Virus record (IMG/VR): IMGVR_UViG_2563366947_000002
From: a virus
Taxonomy: Duplodnaviria; Heunggongvirae; Uroviricota; Caudoviricetes
Length of the DNA: 64,000 bases
Reading direction: 5' to 3' (one strand)
This document shows, in pieces, positions 9,131 through 17,584 of the stretch (the first letter of the stretch is position 1; every line of letters begins with the position of its first letter). The notes under the pieces were generated by a model that searched no databases, was not told the DNA's origin, and saw only the letters and a list, made by a program, of their open reading frames with translations. The position numbers and the translations under genes are program-made.

Positions 9131-9748
9131 TCATTTTTGTCGGATCTTTTCCAGCATATTTAATTCATTATCACTTTCTGCTGCTGAGACGGTTGGCCTC
9201 ACATTTCCGAAATATTTCCTGTGAGACTCATGACTTATGTATTCACCGACAGTTTCATTCTTGAATATACGAATTTGACATATGCGAGATCCAACAATAA
9301 GTTCTACAGGGCTATTCCCATGATTAAATAACTCTAAAGATATACAGCCTCTGTACCCTGGTTGTATCATGGTATTTAATGAAAGACCAAGCCTTGTATA
9401 GCTGCTTCTGGACAATACATCAGCGTAGCAATCTGGTGGCAAACAAACATATTCTAATGTTGTTGCCAGTACCACTTGATTCGGGTAAACAATGAATCTA
9501 TCCCCAAGATCTCTCCTTGTTTCCTGGAAAAATGTTCTGATTGGTTGATGAGTATCATTGTTTTTAGAGGGAATTAACTCTATTGACGGCTTCCTTGTCA
9601 TAATAGACACTAAAAAATCGTAACCAAGTCTAAGGTCTATGGTGAAGTTCCCAATTTGGTTTTTATTTAGAAGAGGTTCAATGAACAACGACTCAGGTTC
9701 TTCTGATTCATAATATTGCAGCAATTCAGCTTTGCTTAGGAGATTCAT
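9131..9748 (-). CDS. dCTP deaminase (Dcd) family / dUTPase-fold protein
   Basis: GYRGCISLELFNHGNSPVELIVGSRICQIRIF and IDLRLGYDF align with E. coli Dcd motifs; start ATG at 9748 overlaps upstream stop (ATGA). Confidence 0.7.
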   Translation of the reverse strand: MNLLSKAELLQYYESEEPESLFIEPLLNKNQIGNFTIDLRLGYDFLVSIMTRKPSIELIPSKNNDTHQPIRTFFQETRRDLGDRFIVYPNQVVLATTLEYVCLPPDCYADVLSRSSYTRLGLSLNTMIQPGYRGCISLELFNHGNSPVELIVGSRICQIRIFKNETVGEYISHESHRKYFGNVRPTVSAAESDNELNMLEKIRQK

Positions 9749-10818
9749 TGTGCACTCCATTTTTCAAGAATCATTACGTTTCGAATCGATTTTTCAACCA
9801 AATCATTTATAGTTTTTTCTATGGCTTCTTTTGACAACCCAGACCATATACCCGTAGGTTTTTCCCATTCAGAGCATAAGTACTGCCAGCTGCTGTTAAT
9901 AAAAGCATGCATTTCATTGTGGTCGCGAATAACAAAAGGACGCACATTATCAAAAGCTGATTTCACATCAAGCAAAGGTGTCGGCAATGTCAAACAAGGA
10001 GAAATAATCTGCCCACCCTTATGTAAGGCTGATATCACAGCATTGAACATGCCAACAACTGGATTTTCCACTTTGTTCAAAAAGTCGCTTACAATTTTAA
10101 CTCTATCTTCTGTGGATGGGTGAGTATAGCTTGCAGGATGAGAGCCAGCTAATTTGTATAAGAAATCTACCCCACTTTTTCCAATAAATTGGGCACTAAA
10201 TAGATCTGCAAAATATTCTCTGCAATGATTTATCCAAATAACATCAGGTAGATTACTCCATTCTGGTCCAGGAAGTGTGCCTTTGTCCTTGGAACGATAG
10301 TTAAGACAGGCAAGCTCAGAAATACCTTTGCTAATATCAACGAAATGTCCCAATTCGTGATATAAAGGTATAGAGCATAATGGTCGTCTTCTGTACATTT
10401 CAGGTAATGAAATCTGGATTAATTCGACCTCGAATTTGACATTTAAAACTTCATCAAATAAAGAATACAAATTCTTGTTTACAGACTTAAAATAAAACCC
10501 ATGCATATCTGGAGATAGGGCAGTGGTTATAAGTGTTTTTTCACTTATCCATTTTTTACAGGCATCATTTAAGCAATAAACAATCTCGTAGGGAATTTTC
10601 TTTGTAGTACTGCCAGTGAAAAAATTAACTGCATCGGTGATAAAAAAAGTACAATCCGCAATTATTTTATCAGCAACATTCACATGGTTTTCATAGAGCT
10701 TATCTACCGCTTCTTGTAGAACAGCAAGATATTCATGCATGTCTTTAGAAAAATAGGGAGATTCTGATATCTCCCTTAGCTTATTTCGAACTAATGTAAG
10801 TTGTGTAAATGCAAGCAT
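9745..10818 (-). CDS. HExxH metallopeptidase-like protein (ImmA/IrrE-type motif)
   Basis: 357 aa; SIPLYHELGHFVD followed about 40 aa later by REYFADLFSAQFIG, the HExxH...E pattern of ImmA/IrrE peptidases; TAATG overlap with upstream gene. Confidence 0.5.
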   Translation of the reverse strand: MLAFTQLTLVRNKLREISESPYFSKDMHEYLAVLQEAVDKLYENHVNVADKIIADCTFFITDAVNFFTGSTTKKIPYEIVYCLNDACKKWISEKTLITTALSPDMHGFYFKSVNKNLYSLFDEVLNVKFEVELIQISLPEMYRRRPLCSIPLYHELGHFVDISKGISELACLNYRSKDKGTLPGPEWSNLPDVIWINHCREYFADLFSAQFIGKSGVDFLYKLAGSHPASYTHPSTEDRVKIVSDFLNKVENPVVGMFNAVISALHKGGQIISPCLTLPTPLLDVKSAFDNVRPFVIRDHNEMHAFINSSWQYLCSEWEKPTGIWSGLSKEAIEKTINDLVEKSIRNVMILEKWSAQ

Positions 10819-11123
10819 TAAATGTACTCTAATACATTCCGGGCCATTACGGGTTCTAACATATCTTCGCTAGTTACTTTGGTTAGCACCTGGGCGAGCG
10901 CCTTAGTGTGGCGTATCTCTACCGCGAGCGAGATGGACTCTCTGTGAGAAGGAATCTGTAATTGATCACCTTTATCTACACTTAAGTTTGAGGCTTCTCT
11001 GATCACCTCATAAACCCGTAACTTTAACTGCTGTGACACTTCTTGTTGAGATGCTATAAGCTGAAGTACAGTCTTGATTAACTTCAAAGAATCAGAAGCT
11101 TGCTGAGGAACCGCATAGAGCAT
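10818..11123 (-). CDS. small protein of unknown function, first gene of three-gene cassette
   Basis: 101 aa; strong AGGAGGGG SD; translationally coupled to downstream gene. Confidence 0.45.
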   Translation of the reverse strand: MLYAVPQQASDSLKLIKTVLQLIASQQEVSQQLKLRVYEVIREASNLSVDKGDQLQIPSHRESISLAVEIRHTKALAQVLTKVTSEDMLEPVMARNVLEYI

Positions 11124-11259
11124 AACCCCTCCTTTTCCCTTATCTATAACCGCTTTCTTTTTTCTGTGGATGTTAAAAGTAGAAGCGGTTTTTACCTTTT
11201 ATAATATATATAGTGTCTAAAACTAATTTTGGCACTATATATGGCATGATATCTATGTT

Positions 11260-11305
11260 TTAAAGACACAAAAGCTCTGTTAAAACAGAGCTTTTGTGTC
11301 TTTAA
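11260..11305. repeat. perfect 20-bp inverted repeat with 6-nt spacer
   Basis: TTAAAGACACAAAAGCTCTG-ttaaaa-CAGAGCTTTTGTGTCTTTAA read directly from sequence. Confidence 0.9.
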
Positions 11306-11449
11306 CTTGATCATTTTCTCGCTGAAGTGTATGTCAGGCTTAGCTCATAATCAAGTTGCTTCCAAGCTAAAAATGAGCTATTTCACTGAAACACCAAGAG
11401 CGGGATGTTTCATTTATTTGCGTTGGGCCTGACGGGGTGCAGATGAGTT

Positions 11450-11737
11450 TTAGCTCATCACACTATAACGACGGGGAACGGAATTCTCCATCAGGTCACG
11501 AATTACTCCCGCTTCATGTAGTTCCTCTGTCTCCCAGTATCTGTTTGTCACCAGATCGAGGCTGGCTATGACCTTGTGCCGGTCATTCGGCATAGCCAAT
11601 TTTTCTGCTATAACCATCAGTGAAAACTCTTCATCCAGTAGAATTTGATACCAGACTTTTGACAGTTCCAACTCTCTAATGAGGGTGAAGCGCCGCTCAA
11701 GTGTGGCGGCAGAATAAGTGAAATCTATTTTTTTCAT
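11450..11737 (-). CDS. hypothetical protein
   Basis: 95-aa ORF downstream of antirepressor-like gene. Confidence 0.4.
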   Translation of the reverse strand: MKKIDFTYSAATLERRFTLIRELELSKVWYQILLDEEFSLMVIAEKLAMPNDRHKVIASLDLVTNRYWETEELHEAGVIRDLMENSVPRRYSVMS

Positions 11738-11796
11738 CGTGCGGATAATCCGATTATTTGGCAGTTAAATCCCCGGAGTCGCCGGGGATGCAGCAT

Positions 11797-12738
11797 TTAA
11801 CTAACAATCCAGTCCATAGCAATAACATCCTCTGGAGCTAAATCAATAGCATGGATTTTCCCGTCCCGGATGGTGCGCCAGTGCTTTCGTGATCCACCTT
11901 CGGGCCATACCCATACACCTTCAGGCCAGGAAGAACGACGACACACTGTTGCGTATCCAGTCCTGATCTTCTCTCTGGCGGTATGTAGTGACAGATTATC
12001 CTTTGGGCTTTCAGGCACAGGATGGTGGATTGCCTGAAACATCCCCATCTTTGGATGATACCAGCGTTTATTGCGTGGTTCTGCCTCCGACATCACCTGC
12101 TTAAAGGCTTTCCGGAAGGGGGCTAGGGCCACAATGGAGCGTCGCGCAAGCAAACCATCTGGAGTTAAAAACTCATGCGTATCGGTGGGAATCCGGTAAG
12201 CGTTGACCAGGTTTCGGCATTTGGCTTCAGTCAGGCCGCATTTCGCCGCCAGCTGGCGGTAGCCAATGTAGCCTTCCGGCATATTGCCTTTCTTTATTTG
12301 CTCGACGGTTTCAGCGACTTTGGACACTTGTGCCGATACTTCGGCTACCTGGGCATTAACAGCGTTGATCCGGCGTTCATGCTCAAGATGCATTTGCGCC
12401 ATTTCAGCCAGGATTTCGGCTTTTGATTTTAACGGTCCCCTGGCATTCTCCAGTTCGCGCCAGCGGTCCACCAGCCGGGCGGTGAATTCCGGAGAGAGCT
12501 GTGCGACGACAATGATACTATCGCGCTTGCCTTGTTCGCCTTCGAAGACATAGGCTTTTGTGTATTTATTAGGGCTAAGTGATTGATTATTCTCAACTGT
12601 AGCCAATGGCGTATGTTGGATAACACCTTTAGCAACAAGTCTTTCGATGCTGCGTTTAACATCAGAGTGACGACTTCCCACCAGTTTCGCGATCTCAATA
12701 CTGGTCATTGTCGCTTTGCGAGAGATGGGCAGATTCAT
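11797..12738 (-). CDS. antirepressor-like protein with C-terminal small RR..W..G..W / DW-ending domain
   Basis: 313 aa; ATGA overlap with upstream icd-like ORF; paralogue of 49085..49792 plus 48888..49088. Confidence 0.45.
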   Translation of the reverse strand: MNLPISRKATMTSIEIAKLVGSRHSDVKRSIERLVAKGVIQHTPLATVENNQSLSPNKYTKAYVFEGEQGKRDSIIVVAQLSPEFTARLVDRWRELENARGPLKSKAEILAEMAQMHLEHERRINAVNAQVAEVSAQVSKVAETVEQIKKGNMPEGYIGYRQLAAKCGLTEAKCRNLVNAYRIPTDTHEFLTPDGLLARRSIVALAPFRKAFKQVMSEAEPRNKRWYHPKMGMFQAIHHPVPESPKDNLSLHTAREKIRTGYATVCRRSSWPEGVWVWPEGGSRKHWRTIRDGKIHAIDLAPEDVIAMDWIVS

Positions 12739-12953
12739 CAGTGCACCTCCACGCAGTTCATCGGCAGATTCCAGTAATTGAGGATCTCCATCGCATCAAG
12801 AGTGAAGCGTGCGGCAAAAATGCAGGGTTCTTCAGGAAGGTATGAACGAGCTTCTGCTTCGGTAGCAGCCATTACGCAGATATACAGGTGTTTTTGGCAG
12901 GAATAGAAACGCCAGATAAATTCAGAATGAGTTGGGGTAGGGATAGTAGCCAT
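12738..12953 (-). CDS. Icd-like small protein (positional)
   Basis: 71 aa with EFIWRF motif shared with paralogue at 49792..50015; AAGGAGG SD. Confidence 0.4.
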   Translation of the reverse strand: MATIPTPTHSEFIWRFYSCQKHLYICVMAATEAEARSYLPEEPCIFAARFTLDAMEILNYWNLPMNCVEVH

Positions 12954-13133
12954 ATTGGCAGCCTCCTTTTGCTAATTTAAGGAGCTACCGCGTGAGGTTC
13001 CAATCTCAATGGCGGTAGCACTGACTGGGTTGGAACTACCGGCGCAAAAGGGAACCGGCCTGCCTTTCGGCAGCCCAGCCAGCACTACCATTGATCTCTG
13101 AGCTAAACGCTACGTATGGCTGTGCGATGGCAT

Positions 13134-13175
13134 GACACAAAAAAAGACGCTTTCGGCGTCTGTGTCGCCTTTTGC
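13134..13175. terminator. bidirectional intrinsic terminator in icd/ant leader
   Basis: GACGC-tttcg-GCGTC hairpin with A7 upstream and overlapping GGCG...CGCC hairpin with TTTT downstream. Confidence 0.55.
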
Positions 13176-13265
13176 ATTATCCGGGGTTCCAATCCCGGCA
13201 CCCGTTTTTCTAAGGTGCCGTAGAAATATACCCCACGATAATGCCAGGGCGCAACAGTCAGTATT

Positions 13266-13433
13266 TTATGCTTTGGCGGATTTTTTCCGGGCTTGCTTGC
13301 AGGCGTAGGCCATTGCTTTAGCTTTCACTTCATCCAGCTTCCCGGTGATCACTTCTTTTCCGAGAGTGACAAACCAGTCATAGCAACCGCCAGTAATGTT
13401 CTTGATTTGAAAGTTGAGGTAGCGAACAGTCAT
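13266..13433 (-). CDS. small protein (55 aa), unannotated in ORF track
   Basis: ATG with GGGGG SD; MTVRYLNFQIKNITGGCYDWFVTLGKEV...; ends upstream of terminator at 13134. Confidence 0.3.
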   Translation of the reverse strand: MTVRYLNFQIKNITGGCYDWFVTLGKEVITGKLDEVKAKAMAYACKQARKKSAKA

Positions 13434-13753
13434 TTTGACACCCCCAGCGCGAGTAAAGAATGCAGATTATCGCGTGAGTGGTGGACGACGAGTGATGGGA
13501 AAAGACTGTAGTTGTTCATAGTGTAGTGACTCCTTGCTTTCGGAGCCGCCATCGACTGTTCCACGGTCTGGTGGCGGCGCAATAAAGGCTGGAACACCGT
13601 GAGTCAACGGGGGCTTTTCAGCCACCTATATTGCACCGCCATAGGTATGGCGGCGGCAATAATACGAAAAACTAAACAGTTTGTCTCAAAAAGTTGACCG
13701 GTGTGCCAATCGGTAGTGAATGTACATCGGGGAAATTCACAATTCAACTTAAA

Positions 13754-13771
13754 ATGTTAGAAAACTAATTT
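13754..13771 (+). promoter_or_regulatory. putative repressor operator (17-bp motif copy)
   Basis: ATGTTAGAAAACTAATTT; one of 11 or more related copies. Confidence 0.5.
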
Positions 13772-14343
13772 ATCATTTCAATCTCCATCTGATACAACGC
13801 CATTTCATCGGCATTGTGCCGTATGAAATCTGCTTTTCCGCCTATTTTTCCATCAGCATGAACAGGGACCAGCCAGGGATATTGTTCTCGGACCTCGGCT
13901 GGCGCTGCGTACTGGTGGTGCCATTTACACAAAGGGAGGACATATTTATGCGCGTTCTCTGCCGTTCTCCCGAAGATATGGTGCAGGGATACTACTGGGC
14001 TATGTTGCCCGTGAATATGGCAGGCAATGCAGGGGAGAGTACCGATAGCGGTCTGTATCCGGCGTTCATCGGCTGTGAGTGATCTGCCCTTCAGGCCGCG
14101 TGACGTGCGTGTTTTTTTGGACGGAGCGGATACAGCTTTCTCTTTTCTCCGCTGGTCATATTGCTTTGCTTTTTCAATTTTTTTTTGCCGATATTCAGGC
14201 GATGCGGCTTTTTCTCTCGCTCGCTGCTGCTGGCGTTGAGCTTGTTGAAGGCGCTTTGCCCTTTGTTCCTCTCGCCAGGCTGGGTCAGCCAATTTTTGCA
14301 TGGCTTTTTGTCTCTGTTTCTCCCAATAACTCTGTTTCTGCAT
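13765..14343 (-). CDS. Ref-like HNH endonuclease with basic low-complexity N-terminus
   Basis: 192 aa; K/R/Q-rich N-terminal 90 aa then CIACHIHGQHSPVVSLHHIFGRTAENAHKYVLPLCKWHHQ HNH motif. Confidence 0.5.
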   Translation of the reverse strand: MQKQSYWEKQRQKAMQKLADPAWREEQRAKRLQQAQRQQQRAREKAASPEYRQKKIEKAKQYDQRRKEKAVSAPSKKTRTSRGLKGRSLTADERRIQTAIGTLPCIACHIHGQHSPVVSLHHIFGRTAENAHKYVLPLCKWHHQYAAPAEVREQYPWLVPVHADGKIGGKADFIRHNADEMALYQMEIEMIN

Positions 14344-14391
14344 GATGGCTGCCTCTTACTTATCAGCGATTTTTTTATGATTGATCAATAT

Positions 14392-14425
14392 CGTTAGATA
14401 ATCAAAATTGATTTTCTAACACAAA
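14392..14425. promoter_or_regulatory. putative operator pair (inverted) in divergent promoter region
   Basis: CGTTAGATAATCAAAATTGATTTTCTAACACAAA; two motif copies head-to-head. Confidence 0.5.
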
Positions 14426-14615
14426 ACATTAATATCTTCGCTGATAACTGTTTGGAGGACATGATGCTTATAGCTTTAAGTGCGATCCACCAGCCATCTG
14501 TGAACGAGATCGGTCTGTTCTATGTGCTGTTTTTCGGGGCGTTGGCGCTACTTGAACTTGGTATTGAGCTTTTTGCCGTGCTGATGTTTTGCGTCACGAT
14601 GCTGGGGAAATTTTG

Positions 14616-15239
14616 ATGGTGAAACGTGTTTTGAAAATTTACATCGCGGGGCCGATGACTGGTTATCCAGATTACAACCGTGCGGCGTTTGATGCGAAAG
14701 CGAGCGAGCTGATGGCTGAAGGGCATATCGTTCTGAATCCAGCTGTGTTACCTGGTGGCCTTTGTCAGAGTGAATACATGGATATTTGCCTGGCAATGAT
14801 GCGTTCTGCTGATGCGATCTATCTGCTTAAGGGATGGGATGTGTCCGCAGGAGCACGTGCAGAACACGCTCTGGCTGAAAAACTGGGGTTGACGGTAATT
14901 TATGAAGCACCATCTGACACAGATTGCAGAATGGCAGCGCATCTTTACCGTGAACTGGTCGATGCGTTACGTGATGTTGCTATTGAATGTCACGGCACGG
15001 ATCAGCTTCGCGCCCGCTTAAGCAATACCCTTTCCAGTTACCTGTCTTTAGCTGAAGGATACAACCTCCGGCAGCGGAGAATGGTCAAATTAATCACGCG
15101 TTTATCTCAATCCCTGGCAAATGCCGAACCAACTAATCCGCTACCTAATGACGCAATGAATTATCTGAAGTCATGCGGCGTTGTTTCTGAAGATGCAGTT
15201 CGTTTTGTGGAGTTTATGTCTCAGAGGATGTCGGCGTGA
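14616..15239 (+). CDS. nucleoside 2-deoxyribosyltransferase-like (DUF4406-like) protein
   Basis: KIYIAGPMTGYPDYN Rossmann-like N-terminus; ORF track starts at TTG 14589, ATG at 14616 has SD. Confidence 0.45.
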   Translation: MVKRVLKIYIAGPMTGYPDYNRAAFDAKASELMAEGHIVLNPAVLPGGLCQSEYMDICLAMMRSADAIYLLKGWDVSAGARAEHALAEKLGLTVIYEAPSDTDCRMAAHLYRELVDALRDVAIECHGTDQLRARLSNTLSSYLSLAEGYNLRQRRMVKLITRLSQSLANAEPTNPLPNDAMNYLKSCGVVSEDAVRFVEFMSQRMSA

Positions 15240-15553
15240 GCTGGCGGGGGTGGGGAAGGGCAGGAATCATGATACTCCGCCAGTGCGCCGGAACTATGAC
15301 GGTCGAGAGTATTGGGAAGCTGATCGGTCGTACCGGTGATGCCGTCAGGACTAAAGCGCGAGAGCTTGGGATCAGCATGATTCTGAAAGGTGACTTTCAC
15401 CAGTCAGCCAAATACCGGCAGAGCGATATAGAGCTGGCGCGGCAGCTTCATCAGTGTGGCGTTCCCCGCCGTGAGATCGCAGAAAAACTCGAAATGCCCC
15501 TGGGCATGATTAATCAGTACGTTTATTTCGAAAGGAGAGTGTATGAAGTCTGA
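15236..15553 (+). CDS. putative HTH DNA-binding protein
   Basis: 105-aa ORF; start uncertain. Confidence 0.35.
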   Translation: MSWRGWGRAGIMILRQCAGTMTVESIGKLIGRTGDAVRTKARELGISMILKGDFHQSAKYRQSDIELARQLHQCGVPRREIAEKLEMPLGMINQYVYFERRVYEV

Positions 15554-15902
15554 AGGTTTAACGCCCGCACAACTGGCAGAGCGTAACGCTGAATTACCCA
15601 GGATTACCCAGGAAAAAGCCTTCCACATACTCGAACGATTAGAAACGCTCGCTACGGAGGAGGATATATCCCCGGAGAAACTGGTTGAGTTCAGCCGTGT
15701 GATATTGCGTCGCAAGAACGATATGGAGCGGCTGACATCTGGCGCTCCATCCTTATCAGTCAGTCCAGCGCTTTATTGCAGCTTCTGCAACAAATCCCAG
15801 CACACCGTTAAAAAGTTAATTGCTGGGGACGCCGTTTTCATCTGCGACGAGTGTGTGGATGCGTGCAACAACGTTATCCGGGAAGAGGACTTAAGAAAAT
15901 GA
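15543..15902 (+). CDS. ClpX N-terminal zinc-binding-domain (ZBD) homologue, standalone
   Basis: C-terminal [40 protein letters not shown] closely matches E. coli ClpX residues about 12-50 (C4 zinc ribbon); no AAA+ domain follows. Confidence 0.7.
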   Translation: MKSEGLTPAQLAERNAELPRITQEKAFHILERLETLATEEDISPEKLVEFSRVILRRKNDMERLTSGAPSLSVSPALYCSFCNKSQHTVKKLIAGDAVFICDECVDACNNVIREEDLRK

Positions 15903-15978
15903 ATGACGAATTTGACCGCTTTGAATTTTAACGGGGCGCACCGTCGCCCCGCATGGGAGGGGGATACGATGAAAAAAG

Positions 15979-16269
15979 ATGAGGCAGAATCCAATGAATA
16001 TCGACACGACAATAACGATCGATACGCTCCTAAATTCCGGTCTGGCACTTCTCGGTTGGTTTTACATCATGTTCAGTGCGGGGAAGTGGGCGGCCTCTGT
16101 TTTTCTAAAGCAGTGGGGAAAGCGCCGCAAACAGGAAAAACGCCAGAAAGCGTTGGAGGCGTTCTATGACGCATTTGAACTTAGCCGCATTGAACCAGGC
16201 ACAACAGCCAGGATAGCGACAAAAGGCGACCTGATGATAGTGATGTTCAGACAGGAGAAAACCAAATGA
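15979..16269 (+). CDS. small membrane protein
   Basis: 96-aa ORF with hydrophobic N-terminal helix. Confidence 0.35.
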   Translation: MRQNPMNIDTTITIDTLLNSGLALLGWFYIMFSAGKWAASVFLKQWGKRRKQEKRQKALEAFYDAFELSRIEPGTTARIATKGDLMIVMFRQEKTK

Positions 16270-16490
16270 CAGAACAGACGATGACAAATCGCGAACTTGT
16301 TGATGCCGCGATTGAACTTGCTGGCGATTTTTATTCCATGATGGGGTACACGCATCGCCCAGGCTTCAAATATTGGGAGTCTCCGCACCCGCAAGAGCAA
16401 CGGGTATTTCAAATGGCCTGTCGCGCTTTTGAAGTTATTCGCGGTTCTGATGTGATGGACGCGGTTGCTGATTTGGAGGATGAAGAGTGA
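16266..16490 (+). CDS. hypothetical protein
   Basis: 74-aa ORF, 4-bp overlaps with neighbours. Confidence 0.35.
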   Translation: MTEQTMTNRELVDAAIELAGDFYSMMGYTHRPGFKYWESPHPQEQRVFQMACRAFEVIRGSDVMDAVADLEDEE

Positions 16491-16798
16491 ACACAATTAA
16501 AGAAATGCCGGTAGAACGTGATGAATATGGCTGCTGGACACATCCGGAGTATGAAAAGTTTTGCGCAGGTCGTGAATATATATCCACTGAGGAATTTGAC
16601 GCCTGGATGAAGGAAAATAATCTTCAGTGGACTATTCGCAGTATGGATGAAGATGATTTTGATCTGGACGCAGCTGGTCCCGATATTGCCGTCTGGGAAC
16701 CGGAGCGACCAGAGGGTGAAGGCTGGTTTGTTGGCTCTATTCATGACACTGAAGATGGTCCAGTTTGTATCTGGCTGCGGGAGAAGGTTGCCGCATGA
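16487..16798 (+). CDS. hypothetical protein
   Basis: 103-aa ORF, stop overlaps start of phosphatase gene (ATGA). Confidence 0.4.
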   Translation: MNTIKEMPVERDEYGCWTHPEYEKFCAGREYISTEEFDAWMKENNLQWTIRSMDEDDFDLDAAGPDIAVWEPERPEGEGWFVGSIHDTEDGPVCIWLREKVAA

Positions 16799-17487
16799 TC
16801 CAGGCTCTGCATGAAGTGAATTTATATAGCCGTATTGATGGTTCAGGCTACAGAAACATATGGGTTGTTGGTGATTTGCACGGTTGCTACACCCTACTTA
16901 TGAATGAACTCCATCGTGTGGATTTTGACCCGGCGCAGGATTTACTGATATCGGTCGGCGACCTTATCGATCGCGGTACTGAAAATGTCGAATGTCTGGA
17001 ACTATTGCAGATGCCCTGGTTCAGGGCAGTGATGGGGAACCATGAGCGGCTGATGATTGATGCGTTAAGTCCAGATGGCAACGTGAATAACTGGCTAATG
17101 AATGGCGGACAATGGTTCTTCATGCTGGACACTGATCAGGAAATATTAGCCTGGGCGCTGGTGGAGCTGGTAAAGCGTCTGCCCTATATCATTGAGTTGA
17201 ACACCGGGCATGAAACTATCGTTATAGCCCATGCCGACTATCCAGGTGGAGAGTACCAGTTCGGTAAGGATGTGTCGCTTTTTGATGTTGTCTGGTCGCG
17301 CAGTCGCGTCGGTGATTCGATAGATGGCATTGGTGGAGAAATCACAGGCGCAGATCGCTTTATCTTTGGGCACACACCGGTACGAAGACCAAAAGCATAC
17401 TGGAATCAGCACTACATAGACACGGGCGCGGTTTTTTGCGGAAATCTGACGCTAATGCAGGTGAAGGGAGGGCAGCTTAAAGTCTGA
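16795..17487 (+). CDS. Ser/Thr protein phosphatase, lambda PPase family
   Basis: [49 protein letters not shown] motifs align along full length of lambda phosphatase. Confidence 0.85.
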   Translation: MIQALHEVNLYSRIDGSGYRNIWVVGDLHGCYTLLMNELHRVDFDPAQDLLISVGDLIDRGTENVECLELLQMPWFRAVMGNHERLMIDALSPDGNVNNWLMNGGQWFFMLDTDQEILAWALVELVKRLPYIIELNTGHETIVIAHADYPGGEYQFGKDVSLFDVVWSRSRVGDSIDGIGGEITGADRFIFGHTPVRRPKAYWNQHYIDTGAVFCGNLTLMQVKGGQLKV

Positions 17488-17511
17488 TCAAATCATTTAC
17501 GCACTCAAAAT

Positions 17512-17545
17512 ATGTTAGAACATTGATTTTAGTTTTCTAACATAT
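17512..17545. promoter_or_regulatory. putative operator pair (inverted)
   Basis: ATGTTAGAACATTGATTTTAGTTTTCTAACATAT upstream of 17585 gene. Confidence 0.5.
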
Positions 17546-17584
17546 TATTTTACCGCTCGGAACAAAACAGAGTCGGTATACATT

